Shown here: one piece after another, positions 39,158-51,574 of the stretch
How positions within the stretch are numbered: the first letter of the stretch is position 1
Layout: each line of letters begins with the position of its first letter
DNA from: Monocercomonoides exilis PA203
Taxonomy: Eukaryota; Protista; Preaxostyla
DNA length: 64,000 nucleotides
Reading direction: 5' to 3'
NCBI GenBank assembly: GCA_001643675.2
Contig: LSRY02000015.1
Coordinates: 434,001-498,000, forward strand
Translations under genes and position numbers: made by a program
Notes under the pieces: generated by a model
Seen by the model: only the letters and a program-made list of their open reading frames with translations
What the model was told of the DNA's origin: nothing
The model's database searches: none

Positions 39158-40068
39158 TCAATCTTCGCCAGGAAGCGCCCCTTTTGAAAACCTTTCATAT
39201 ATATCTCCATCGTATCCTCCGCCAATTCCAAGTGCTGCCCATCCTTTCCCTGCAAAATCTGCCCCGCCTTTGACAGTTGCATTGACTACGTCTCTTTCTC
39301 TATCAAACGGAACATATTCAAACGAGGAAAATTTCGCACCAAAGTGTGATCCTTTTTTTGACTTGCTTGAATCACCTGTTGATTTTGTCTGTATTTTGGC
39401 GTTAATTTTTCTTTTCTTTTCTTCTTCGAGCATCATTTGCTCAAAGTGTTTGCGCAGAAGATGCTGAGAATAAAGGCTGCCTCTTTCTGCAATGGCTTTT
39501 TCTTGTTCTTCCGTTAGTTTGATTGTTGAACGGTTCTCCTTGTCTGGCTCAAACAATCCTCCTCTTTCATTATCTTTCAATTTCGCAGTTTGAATTTCCA
39601 ATCTTGAAGCTTCGTCTATAGCCTTTTCCTCATCCAAAAGGCGCTTTTCATTTAGCTCAGGAGATTGTGAATGCTCTTTTCTATGCTTTTTCTTATGAAG
39701 CTTTCTATCTCTTGAATCATTATCACGGGAATCCAAACTGGATCGAGATGCATGATGGTGCGCGCGCTTGTGCTTATGATCTTTTTTGCCTTTGTGATGA
39801 GAATGGTGGTGAGTAGTCTTTGCTTTTTTCATTTGTTGTTCATTATCTAATAGATCTGGTGATGAACGATGCTTTCGAAATTTCTCTCCATGACTCAAAG
39901 ATGAGCTCTCACTGTCTTCATCATCTAATTCATCCCACCATTCTTTATCCTGAAGAAAATTAAAAAAATAATAAAAGGAAGTTGTATTTTTTTTATGTTA
40001 AAAATTAAAGTGAGTATAATCATAAATCAAACAGAATCATCTTTAACATCTTTTTCGTTGCTGTTCAT
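39158..40068 (-). CDS. DUF3752/GPALPP1-like basic protein, 2 exons
   Basis: ATG 40068, intron 39950-40032 joins in frame to ORF 39158-39898; H/K-rich N-terminus, SLYSQH, PFDRERDV and terminal RFSKG resemble the DUF3752 C-terminus. Confidence 0.6.
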
Positions 40069-40143
40069 GTTTCAAAAATAAAACAAATAAGCAAAAAACA
40101 AAATTCTTAAAAACAAAAATTATTATAATGGTAATTCTTCTAA

Positions 40144-43100
40144 TTATGAAAGAGCCATGCGACCATATCTCGAGATAAGTGCAGGAGAAGTTGTTCTCTT
40201 GAATTCTAGCAAATCTTCTTTAATTCTTCCAGGAAGATATTTCAGATCATAAGTGTCAATTTCAACGTCTGAAGAATATTCTCTCAATTGTTCCACTCTT
40301 CCCACTCGTGACTCTCTGAACTCCTTCAGCGCGGCCAGCACAGACTCCCTCGACTGCGGCTTCTTCTGCTTGTCCTTGTGCGGTGTGTTGGCTGCTGACG
40401 TGCTCGAAATGTGAAGCGGCGGGAGCTGCGGGGATTTTGGTGTGGTTGGTGGCTCCAGTGGAACAAGATGTCCTGATTGTGAGGTTGTAACAGAAGAAGA
40501 AGACAAACTGGAAGAAGAAGAAGATGATGATGATGAAGTGTTTGGTGTTTTGGGTGTTTTTGGTGTTTGAGGCTGAGCAGACAGTCCCAGTGGCAGTTCG
40601 CTCCCGTATCCTTCTTCACCAGAAACAGAATATTCCATTGATTTCTTTCCCACATCAGAAGATAGCCCCAAAGAAGAAGAGGAAGAGGAAGAAGAAGAGA
40701 AGGAAGAAGAAGAGGAGGAGGAAGATAACGATGATGATGATGATGATGAAGATGCAGGCTGCTCAGTAAGGTACATCGAAGACGTCCCACACAGCTTCTG
40801 CCGGCGAGGCGAATGGTCTGTTTTTTCATTTCCTCTGTTCACCTTGTTTGTGTGCACCAACTTCTTCTTTGAGAAGATGAGCGGGTTTGTCAAGAGAATG
40901 TCTGCTGCTGTTGACGAACGCCACTTGCTCGTCTCCAGACGCTGCAGCAGCTCAATTGTCGACTGCGGATCGGATGTGCTGCCTGGCTGTGGGGTGGATA
41001 GAGAACGTTGATTGGCAGAAGGAGAAGAAGAAGAGGAGGAAGAGGAAGAAGGAAGAGGAGGCAGTGCTGCGTGCGGGTTCAGCCGGGAAGGAGAATTGTG
41101 GATGTACAAGAGAGGAAAGGGGATATCATTTTGTGAGATTTCTCCGCTTTTCCCTTTTTCCTTCTCCTTCTCACTTTCCTTCACATTATCTTTCTCCCTC
41201 TCCTTCTCCCTCTCCTTCTCCTTCTCCCTCTCACCCCATTCTGTGCTTTCAAACCTCATCTGCTTCGTGTTTGAGGCAAAACCTTCTCCAATGCCAATCG
41301 AAGATGCACGTGCTTTGAACCATCTTTCCAAGCCAGCTGAATCAACAGAGTGGCTCAACACCAGCCGCAGGCTCGCTGATTGTTGTGTTGCATCAGAAAG
41401 AGAAAAACCTGAGGAGGAGGATGAGGAAGAGGAAGAGGAAGAGGAAGATGATGACAATGCCGATAATGCTGATGGCAATGAAGCAGAACCAGAAGGACCA
41501 GAAGAAGAACCAGGACTTCGTCCTGCCTTGAATCCAGCAGCATCCTCGTCGTTCTTCCCTTTCATCCCAATCCCAAACTCCCCTTCTCCTTTCGCTCCTC
41601 CTTCGCTCCTCTTCCTCTCTGTGCTTGCCGCTGCCTCTTCTCCTCCTCCTTCTTCTCTCCTCTTCTCCTCCAAATGCGCCCTCTTCACAGAGCCTGCTGA
41701 GTTAACTGAGTTAACTTGGCCTATTAATCCTATTAATCCTGTTTTTTTTCCATTTCCTGCACTCAGCTGTGCCAGCTCGTTCATCTGCCTCTCTTCCTGC
41801 ATCTGGTTTAAGATCACTTTTGACTGCTTAATCATCAGCTCCCTCGCAATCTGCTCTTCTCTGTTGAACGAAGAGAACTTCGTCTTCCGCTTGCTCTCCA
41901 GAACTGAACACAGCTCGTTGAAAAAGGCCTCGCTTTGTGGGTTCTGAGGAGGATGGAGAGAAAAAAAGGAGCGAAGGGGTGGGGTGGGGGGGTATGAAAT
42001 GAATAAAAGAAAGATTATTTGAAGAACAATTTAAAAGATAAATAAATAAATAAAATGATTAAATGAAGTCAATGTGATTATAATAATAATTTCTGATTAA
42101 AACAAAACAAAACAAAACAAAACAAAACAAAATAAAACAAAATAAAATAGAACAAAATCAAGAAATAAGCATATTCTCAATAAATCCTCTCTTTCTCTCT
42201 TCCTCTCCTCCACACCTTCAGCATCTCCCTCAGCTTCTCCTTCGAGTTCTCCTGCATCCGCTCCAGCGCCATCTTCCCTTCCGCAATGTCCCTTTTGATC
42301 GCTTCTCGTGTCTCCTCATACCGCCGAATCGCCTCCAGACGGGGTTTTTCATTGCTTCCTATGCTTTTCTTGGATTTGCGGTGGGGGAGACGAGATGGAT
42401 AAGAAGGAGAAGAAGAAGAAGAATTAGCTACATCTGCTGTTGCTGCTGTTTCAATGGTAACACCTTTTTCTTTGCTTGAACGCATCGCCCATGAAAGAGG
42501 ATGTGTCGAATTCATCGTCGATCCCATGTTTCGAGGCGGAGAAGGCGAAGAAGAAGAAGAAGAAGAAATAGAAGACGACAAAGAACCAACTGTCCCACTC
42601 ATGCCTAAACCAGCTCCTCCTCCTCCTCCTCCATTTACCCCTGCCCCAACAGCTACAGTAGCTGAAGCAGCATTAACACCCCGAGCATTCAAACTTCCTT
42701 TTTTCTCTGTGTTTTTCGCATTTTTCGCATTCACTGTACTTTTTGTCGCATTTTTAGTAGCATTTCCTGTTGTTGTTGTTGTTTGAGGCATCAAATCTTC
42801 TGCAAAGAAAGGCTTTGGGCGGCGGTGTGGATGGACAAGCACGCTCATCTGAAGATGTGGATCGACAGAGCGGCGGAAGGGCTGCTGATGAGAAGGGCCG
42901 TATGGAAGTGTGCTGTTATTGCTTGAGGAGGAAGAAGAAGAGGAAGAGGAAGAAGAAGAACGTCTTTGAGATCGAGAAGGTGTGTGGAAGAGCGAAGAAG
43001 CAGATTGCTCTTTCTTTGTCTGATCAAAAGTTGAATGTGCAGCAGGGACAGTTGCAGATGCCAATGAAGAAGAGAACACAGCAGGAGAAAGAGAACGTGA

Positions 43101-46100
43101 TGGATCAGCCAGAGGTTGATTAGAAGAGCCATCTCCTCTTTCTCTTCCTTTTCCTCCTCCTCCTCCTCCTCCTCCTCCTCCTCCTCCTTCCTCCCCGTAT
43201 TCATCCTCCTCTCCCTCTCCCTCTTCCTCTTCCTCCTCCAACAGTCCCATCTTCTCCATCAGCAGCCTCCTCTTCTCCTCCTTCTGCTGATTGATCTGCT
43301 CTTCCTCTTCTCTCCACCTCCCTTCCAGCGTCGCCACAGCTGCCATTCGACTTTTGCTGGCCAACGAAAGCGAATCCTGCGGCACCACAAAGCGCATCAG
43401 AGGAGAAGAATGAGTGGAGAAGTAAGTGGCAGGATGGGCTGTCTCAAACAGAGAAGTCGCAGGCTGCTTGGTGAAGAAGGAGGAGGTGGAGGTCGGTTTG
43501 GCGGTGGATTGATAGGAAACAGAAGAAGAAGTGGAAGAAGAAGAAGAAGAAGAAGATGATGATGATGATGATGATGAAACATCAGCAGAAGCAGAAGAAG
43601 AAGCAGAAGCAGAAGGAGTGTTGCTGCCATCCACATCTTCCTGAACAGATCGTCTCAGCAGCTCTGCTTCTTTCAGCTTCGCAAGCCTGCCACCAGGCGA
43701 ACGAGGTGTGCGACGAGGAAATCCGCCCATTGAATTGAAAGAAGGTGAAGGCGGAACGCCTTTTGGAGAAGGAGAGGAGCGGAAGGCGAAGGAGATGGGT
43801 GAGGTGGAAGAGGAAGAGGAAGGTGAAGTGACTGAAGAAGAGGAAGAAGAGGAGGAGGAAGAAGAAGATAAATGAGGTGGTGATGTGTTTGGTGAAGGTG
43901 AAGGTGAAGGTGAACTTGAAGAAGAAGAAGAAGAAGCAACAGCCCCCGCAGCAGCAGCGTCGTCTGCCAAAACCACTTTTGTCACTTCAAACTGGCCAAA
44001 GACGGCTGCATCGAACTCATTCCCCCCAACCAATGGAAGCGACGCCTCGCGAAAGAGGATGGGCAAGCCGAAGCGATGGCGCTGGAGATGGAGCGATTGA
44101 ACGGCGTTCTGAGAAGAGTAAGGAGAAGAGGCAAAAGAAGAAGAATAAGAAGAAGAAGAAGAAGAAGGGGAGGGGGAAGTGAAGGAGGTTTGGGGTTGGA
44201 TGGAGAGAAGAGGAGTTGGACGGATGGGGGTGGATGGAGTGAGGAATTGGTGAATTGGTTGTTGTGGTTGTTGTTGTGATTGTGAAGAAGAAGAAGAGGA
44301 GGAGGAAGAGGAAGATGGAGAAAAAGAAGAAGGTGAAGATGTAACTGTTAGTGATGAATAAACTGGAGGAGCATCTAAAAACTCAGCCGGATGCGGTGCA
44401 AAATACGTGCTGTTCTCAAAAAACCCCTCCGGCAGCTGGATCGGCTCGCTATACAGCTCCTGAATAACTCTATCTGCCGATGGAAACAATCTGTTGTCTC
44501 GTGCTGTGAACAGCGCGGCCCTCTTCCTCTCGATCTCCTCCTTTCCCATCACCACGCCCGTCAGCAGGTGCACGCAGAACGCATACACCTTGTTTCTGAA
44601 CGTGGCGGTGCAGTATCTCTTCAGACACCCTTCAAAAAAGCGCTCTTTCAGCAGATGCGTCGCCACCCGCGCCGCCACAAACGGCCAGAGCTCCACAAAC
44701 GCATCGCGGAACGGGGCGTGCGGGCCGGGCATGCCGAGGAAGGTGAAGGCAGCAGAAAACGTTTCCGCTGCTTTTGACAGGAGGGACGTCTGAATCTGCA
44801 CACACTGCTCGATGATCCGCTGCCGGCGAGCTAGTGGGCGCTTGCGGGGCTTGTGGGAAGAGGAAGAAGAGGAAGAAGAGGAAGAAGAGGTTGATGAAAA
44901 AGAAGATGTTTGATTTGTGTTGTATGGCATTTGCTGTTGATGACTCATTGCTAATGATCCATCCATTTGCTGTTCTCTTGAGGCAGAAAATGGAACCAAA
45001 GAGATTCCATCGCCTGTCAAATCATCAGAAATATTAACATTTGCCCTTTCAGCAACAGGGTGGATGACAATTGGCTGCTGCAATGGCAGTATTTGAGGCA
45101 ATGTTGTGTGCTCATTGAACTCACCTGGTTCTTTTGATTCATTTGTATTGTCAATCAAATGTGGCATTTTCATGTCAGAAATGTTCTTCTCTTGCTGTTC
45201 AGATGATGTTTCGGTCATTTTATTCTGCATTGTTGTGTCTTCTGCTGCTTGTGGAGCTGCGATGTGTATTGTCGGTGCTGCAATCACAATCGGTGGGGCA
45301 ATAATTGGAAGATTCGTGTGAGTGCTGTTAGCATCAGAAGAAGAAGAAGAAGAAATTTGTTTGTTTGATTCTTGTTCATTTGTTGAGTATGGCACAAGCA
45401 TCGCAACGAAGTCCTTGGAATCAGACGGGTTCTGAGCTTGAATTCCTGATTCGTTTTTATTCCTGTTAATATCCTTTTCTTTGTTTAAGTAATCTTCCAT
45501 TTCACTTCCATCCTCGCTGTCAAATTCATCCCCCATCTCTTCCTCGTCTGCCGGGTCGCTGATGACAATGCCCCCGCTCTCCACAATCTTCCTCCGCCTC
45601 TTCGCGAGCAGTGCTTCCTTCGTGCGCCCGTACTCGTCCCAGTCCTTCCCGTCCAGATGCTCCCACCCCAGCGCACTGAACGCCCTCACCACCACCAGCC
45701 ACGTCAGCGCCTCCACAAACAGCTGGTGCTCCTCTGTCAGAAACGTTCCGGCAAACAGCAGCCCAAACGGAACGCTGATCAGCTTCTCGTCGCCTGGGCC
45801 AAAAAGCTGCTTGATCTCGTCCACTTTCCTCGTCTGCTCAGCCTCTTCCTTCAGACGCCGCCTCCTGTTCTGCTGCGGCATCGCGTTGATCCACTCGAGC
45901 TGCTGCTTCGTGCTGAGCGTGGAGTCGAGTTTTAGCGTGTTTGCAGGCTGTGAAGAAGAGAAGGTCTTTGTGTTCTCAAACACACACGAAGATAGCGTGG
46001 CATCTAATCCAATGGAAGAATGTCTGCTGTGTGAGACGATTGTGGATGAGGATGACGAGCCAGGGCGTTTTGTGGAATTAAAGCCTGCAGACGAAGTGGA

Positions 46101-46909
46101 AGGATTCGATGGAATACGCGGAGAAGATGCACGTCTCCATTTCAGCTGTGGTTGAGGATTGAATAAATGATTTGTTATCTGAGAAGAGTGAGCTGTTTGA
46201 GTTGGCAATTGATGAGATTGTGCTGTTGCTGCTAGATGAAGAGCAGATTGTTGCTTTTTTTGAAGAAAATGTGGTTGCTTTGGTGGGGGTTGAAGAATCA
46301 CTTGCGAAGACAAAGAACCAGCTCGAGATAATGTTGGTTGCTTTGCAAGAGGATTGTCATCTTCACGAGAAGGTGTTGTTGAAGAATGGTCTTGTTCCAC
46401 AGAAAAGTATGATTGAATGCATTGTTTTGCTAAAAAGAATTACGTGTAAAAAAACAATTCAAAATAAAGAGCATACATGCAAGAAGCACTGAATCTGGAA
46501 CATTGTAAAGGCGAATGCGACTGTCCTCTGGATACTTGATTGTTTGAAGTATATCCTCTTAAAACACAAAATCAATAGAAATAGTTCACTTATAAAAGCA
46601 AACCAGATGTTTTTCGAATCGGTAACTTTATTGGATAGATTTCATTCTTTTGGAGTGAAAATTGCTTCAGAATTTCCTTTAAATAAATTCAAATATAACG
46701 TATAATAATTATACAAAAACATAAAAAAACGTTTAATACCAGGAAAATTTTCGGAAATTTTTGATTTTGGCTATGAAGTGAAAATAATAAAAAACAATAT
46801 TTATATAAATTTCAACTATACAAATGTTCTCAATTTCTACACACATTTCCTGAAGTGAAGGAGATGGAGTTGGAGATGGGGCAGGCACAGAATTTGCAGA
46901 ATTCTCCAT
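40144..46909 (-). CDS. Very large poly-Ser protein containing a probable FAM227/FWWh-like domain, 6 exons
   Basis: Four short 5' exons from ATG 46909 splice in frame into ORF 42177-46400, then an intron (~41947-42215) into ORF 40144-41835. FVEALTWLVVVRAF and FRDAFVELWPFVAARVA...F...FRNKVYAFCVHLLTG resemble the FAM227 pattern. Gene structure is more certain than the family call. Confidence 0.6.
42098..42142. repeat. (AAAAC/AAAAT)n microsatellite in an intron
   Basis: Directly visible pentamer array. Confidence 0.85.
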
Positions 46910-46982
46910 ACTCCAATTATAAGAAAATGAATTGTTGAAATGAAAGATCAATGAGACATAATAATATATTCACTGACTTGCA
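46910..46982. promoter_or_regulatory. Putative compact bidirectional promoter
   Basis: Only 73 bp separate the divergent inferred start codons at 46909 (-) and 46983 (+). Confidence 0.5.
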
Positions 46983-49723
46983 ATGTCTTCACAAGGTGAA
47001 TCTCAGGCAGTTGCAGATGGAGGTGCTGCTCAGACTTTGAAAACGTCATCGCCTCCAGTTCCACCTCCTATTGATACCACACAAGCACCAGATGCTGGAC
47101 AAGAACAATCTTTGCAAATGGTTGAGGATCAAGAAGAAGGTATTTCATTTATTTGTTTGCTTTAATTTCTTTTGGTATGACATTTTTCATTACATAATAG
47201 TAATTGATGAAAAGCCACATAGCATCATCATGGGGATTGTTAAACAGCTTCATATCGGAATGGATCTTTCTCGAGTTTCTTGTGTGCTCTCTTCTATTAT
47301 ATTAGCTTTCACAGCAATGTATTTGTTCAGTGCCAACATTTGTTCTCGAGCCACGTTCAATTATCGAGCGATATACTGACTTTATGGTGCATTCCGATTT
47401 GCTTATTCAGTTTGTGAACATTTTCATGTCAATTGTTTTACGAACGAATTTTAATGCAGGGCAATTAAAAAGCCAGATCCAATTGAACGTTTAATAGGGA
47501 TATCAGTTTGGTATTATTCTGGGTGGCATCCTCAACGACGTGGAGTAAAAAAACCTTATAACGCAATTCTCGGTGAAGTTTTTAGATGTTTTTGGAATAA
47601 TTATGATGGAACAAAGACATGGTACGTGGCAGAGCAAGTTTCTCATCATCCGCCCGTTAGCGCTTTTCGGTATGAAAATACTGAAAATGCAATGAGTCTT
47701 CAATGCCATGTCTACACAAAAACAAAATTCCTTGGAAACTCCATTCAAGCAATCATGGAAGGAGATGGAATCCTGACATTAGGCAATCAAGGTGGAGAGC
47801 AATACATCTTCGATTTTCCATCTGTCTATGGGCGTGGTATATTTTTGGGGAAGTTGGCCGTTGAAGTTGCTGGAGAAAGCACCATCAGATGCAAACAAAG
47901 CAAATTGATGACTTATTATGATTTCAAGCCAAAGGTTTGATGATGCGTAGAACTTGAATATAAAATAATTAATTGCATTTTGAAATGGATATTTTATTCT
48001 TATTCATCATGAACTTTTCTTTTGAAATTATTTGACAAAATTATTTTCTTATCATTTTTTTTTTCTGTGTGTGAATATTATTTAATTGGAAATGTTCTTC
48101 TTCAGCCGATGATGTTTGGCAAATACAACCAAGTCTCCGGGAAAATCTGCGAATTGACAGGAAAGCTGAAGGACGACAGAAAAGGCAAAGGCAAAAAGCT
48201 GTTTTCTCTGTCTGGAGATTGGACACAGAATCTTGTGATAACAGATGAGAGAAAGCCAGCAACATTGAATGTATAATCATTTGATTGAAAATTATCCGTT
48301 TTGTACTTTCAATTTGTGGAATATTTTCTTTTTCTTCTTTTTCTTCTTCTTTTAAAAATTTAAAGGGTGGAAAACCATTGGAGATATTTAATGTTAAGAC
48401 AGCAACAGAAACAAAGAAGCTTGTTGCTCGCGAAGAAGATCAATTGCCTTACGAAAGCAGACGGTTTGATTCATTTTCAAATTTTTTAATCTTTTATTAT
48501 TAATGTATTTTTTTATCTCTTCCATTTATTTAATGATTTCCTCATTGAAATCAACACATTTCAAATTTTGTGATTTTCTTTTCTTTTTTCTTTTTTCTAA
48601 TCCCTAACAATTCCCACCCCAACCCACACCCCCAGCCTATGGCACGACGTGACCGATGCACTGAAGCGAGCGAGTGTAGAAGACGCATCCAACGCAAAGC
48701 ATGTCATTGAAGAAAGACAGCGAGCAGCAGCAAGAGAGCGATTGGATCAAGGGATCGGGTGGAGACAGAGGTACTTCCATTGGGACGAGGCACAGCAGAG
48801 GTGGCTGTTCAACTACCCGTTTGACTCAACGCTGGTTGATGAGAAGTATCAGGGCGAAGAAGACGATGCTGATGGGAAGAAGAAAGGAGAAGCGAAGGAA
48901 AAGGAGAAAGCAAGCTCTTCTGCTACACCTTCTTCTTCTTCTTCTTCTTCTTCGGATGACTCGAAGAAGCCGATCAATCCAAATAAATTGAGGACGGTCG
49001 AGCTGACGCCTTACAACATCCCTGATGCACGGAGCCTTCTTCCACACCCAGACAAAGGGAAACACACAGAGAAAGGCAAAGACAAGGACGTGTGGGGTTT
49101 GTGGTGATTTCAAATTAGGATTTATTAATAAATGATGTAATGTTTTAATTTATTTATTTACTAAATAAAAACATGTTGGTGGCTTAACATTATGAAATTA
49201 ATATTTGATTTATTTGTAATTTCCTATTTATTTAATCACTTGCTATTATTCAGCCACTGAGTGCCCGCCTTTGCCCAAAGCAGTTGGACGCCCGTGGCCA
49301 ATGCTCATTCCATCCACACCTCTCACCCCTCATTCCCCTCATACTCCCAAAGCAGATAACACTTCTGAACCTTCTTCTTCCTCCTCCTCTCCTTCTTCTT
49401 CTTCCTCTTCTTCCTCTTCCTCTTCTTCTACCACACCCGTTCCTGTTCCTGCTGCCCCAGCTGTTGTTGAGCCCGACGACCCGTCCAAGTCCCCCGAGCT
49501 CCCCACAATCACTGCTCTGACAGAAAAAGCCCCGCCCGAAGCACTCGAAGCTGACATCTCCTCCAGCGGCGTCGTCTCCTGCTCTCCTTACCCTCCTTCT
49601 CCTACCCCTGGCGCCTTGCCTTCTACCGGCAGCGCTCCGCCGCCAATTCAGCAGAACCAGTTCGGATTGCTGGCGTCTCAGACTACAAAGCCACAGCCTT
49701 CTGGTCCGTCTAAAAGCTCGTAG
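46983..49723 (+). CDS. Oxysterol-binding protein-related lipid transfer protein (Osh6/7-ORP5/8-like), multi-exon
   Basis: Spliced GMDLSRVSLPTFVLEPRS, KKPYNAILGEVF, EQVSHHPP, ESR.LW..VT.AL and AKHVIEERQR; last exon (from 49254) adds a Pro/Ser-rich tail ending TAG at 49723. Confidence 0.93.
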
Positions 49724-50156
49724 AGTCCTTTTTTTACGTTCATGTCATTTTATATTTTTAACATTATTTGTGCTTTCTTCAAAGGAAAAGCAACAATCAT
49801 CACACTCAATATTATTAGAATATAAATTTAATTCGAGGTAAACAGGATATCGAAACATTTTTCAAAGAATAAAACACAAATAATTTAGGAAAATTTTGTG
49901 TAGTTGATTGTTGGCAGCAATAATAACTGAAATGAAGAATCTTGTTTTCATAATTTTAAGTGTTGATTGCTCATTATTCGTTTAACAAATACACAAAAAA
50001 ACATATTGTTTTGGAAAAAAAAAGGAGAAAAAAGAATGACGAATGATTATCCAATAATAAATTTTTTTTTATATTTTCGAAAAGAAATTAATATGGGGTA
50101 TCAAAAATATTTTTATATTTTTCGGAATTTTACAGAAGCTTCAGGAAGCATACTCG

Positions 50157-51574
50157 ATGAGGATTTTTATTATTCAATTACTGCTTATAATTTCTCGATG
50201 CTCCGATGAAGTCCGTCTTTCAAAAGTTGACTCTCTCATTTTTTCTTCCTTCCATTCAACAATTCCCCACAACGGACTTCGAAAAATTCAAGCGGAAGTA
50301 TTTGATTCAATTAAAATTTATTTTTCAAAAACTAATTTATTGAATTTTTTAACAGTACATCCAAGTTGATCCATCAATTCCAAATTCACCTTTGTCAACT
50401 ATAACATGCTACAATCAAAAGAACAGGAAACATTTCAATGGTATCCCCAAAATAAACTTTTTATTTGCTGTAATATTTAAATGATATTTAAGGTTCATGG
50501 TTATGCGCTTCTGCAGAAATGCCAGTTGGTATGGAATTTGGTTTTGCTGAAGTTCATTGCGAAAATCCGAAAAAGAAATACAGTGACAATGATCCCTATG
50601 TTTACAAAGATGTTTGCATTATATTTATCAGCTATCTAATAATAATATGATTATTTCATTCCAAAATTTTGAATCTAATTTTTTTCAAAAAATTTTCAGT
50701 CTTGCTGGCTAACTTATTCCTTGAAATTGTCCCCGAATCAAAGATATGCAACAACAAGCACTTCTTCTTCTGGTGGTAGCTCTTATACTTCGTCTTCTGC
50801 ATACTCTTCATATTCATCATCTTCCTCCCATTCAAATCCTTTGCAATCACATCCACAACATAATAACCAAAAGTATCAACATCCACGTTCAACAAAAAAT
50901 ATGTTGACAAACGAACTTTCGATTTCCAATGGAAATGTTAAGACAGCCTTCCTCAAAAACAGCAATGGAGAGAAAGAATATTTTCTGACTGAAATACCAT
51001 TGAAGCAAAAGAACCATCTTCTTTTCCATCTCTTCGACTCCAACGGAGAAATTGTTTTGAGCCTCTCGAAAATGGACAGCCGCGTTCTGAGCTTTTATTC
51101 CTCTTCAACGCCGCTGGGGTCAATGGCTCAGAGCCAAACAAATTCTGACGAGTACATCTTCTACACGCCCGAGGCAAAGGCATTTGCGAAAGCTGTATTT
51201 GTGTGAACAATATTTCATTTTTTTTTCCTGTTTATCGATTTATTTTTTAATATAACGTCTTTTTTCCAATGTGCTTAAAATGAATCTTTTTGTCTCTTTG
51301 TGTCTTTTTATTTATTTATTTATTGTTTCAGACATCCAAAACAACCATCGACATCGTCCAGCTCTCCACAAATGAAGTCATCACTTCTTTGAAACGCTCG
51401 TCTCATTCATCTCGTTCAGGCATATTTTCTGGCTTGTTCCCTTCGCCTTTCGCACGTACCGAGTCAACCTGGAGCATCGAGTCGTACAAGATGGATGTGA
51501 TGGACCCGCGGCTGGTGGCGCTGTTTGCAGCAGCGTTTGACACGTCAAAGGGAGGATTCACACTGGAGCTGTGA
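50157..51574 (+). CDS. SARAF (TMEM66/DUF1183) luminal-domain-like protein fused to a tubby/scramblase-like domain, 5 exons
   Basis: Exons 50157-50297, 50356-50440, 50493-50611, 50700-51200 and 51332-51574 join in frame; signal peptide, then VRLSKVDSLIF...ITCYNQ...WLC...MEFGFAEVHCE...DPYVYKDSCWLTYSLKL. Confidence 0.7.
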
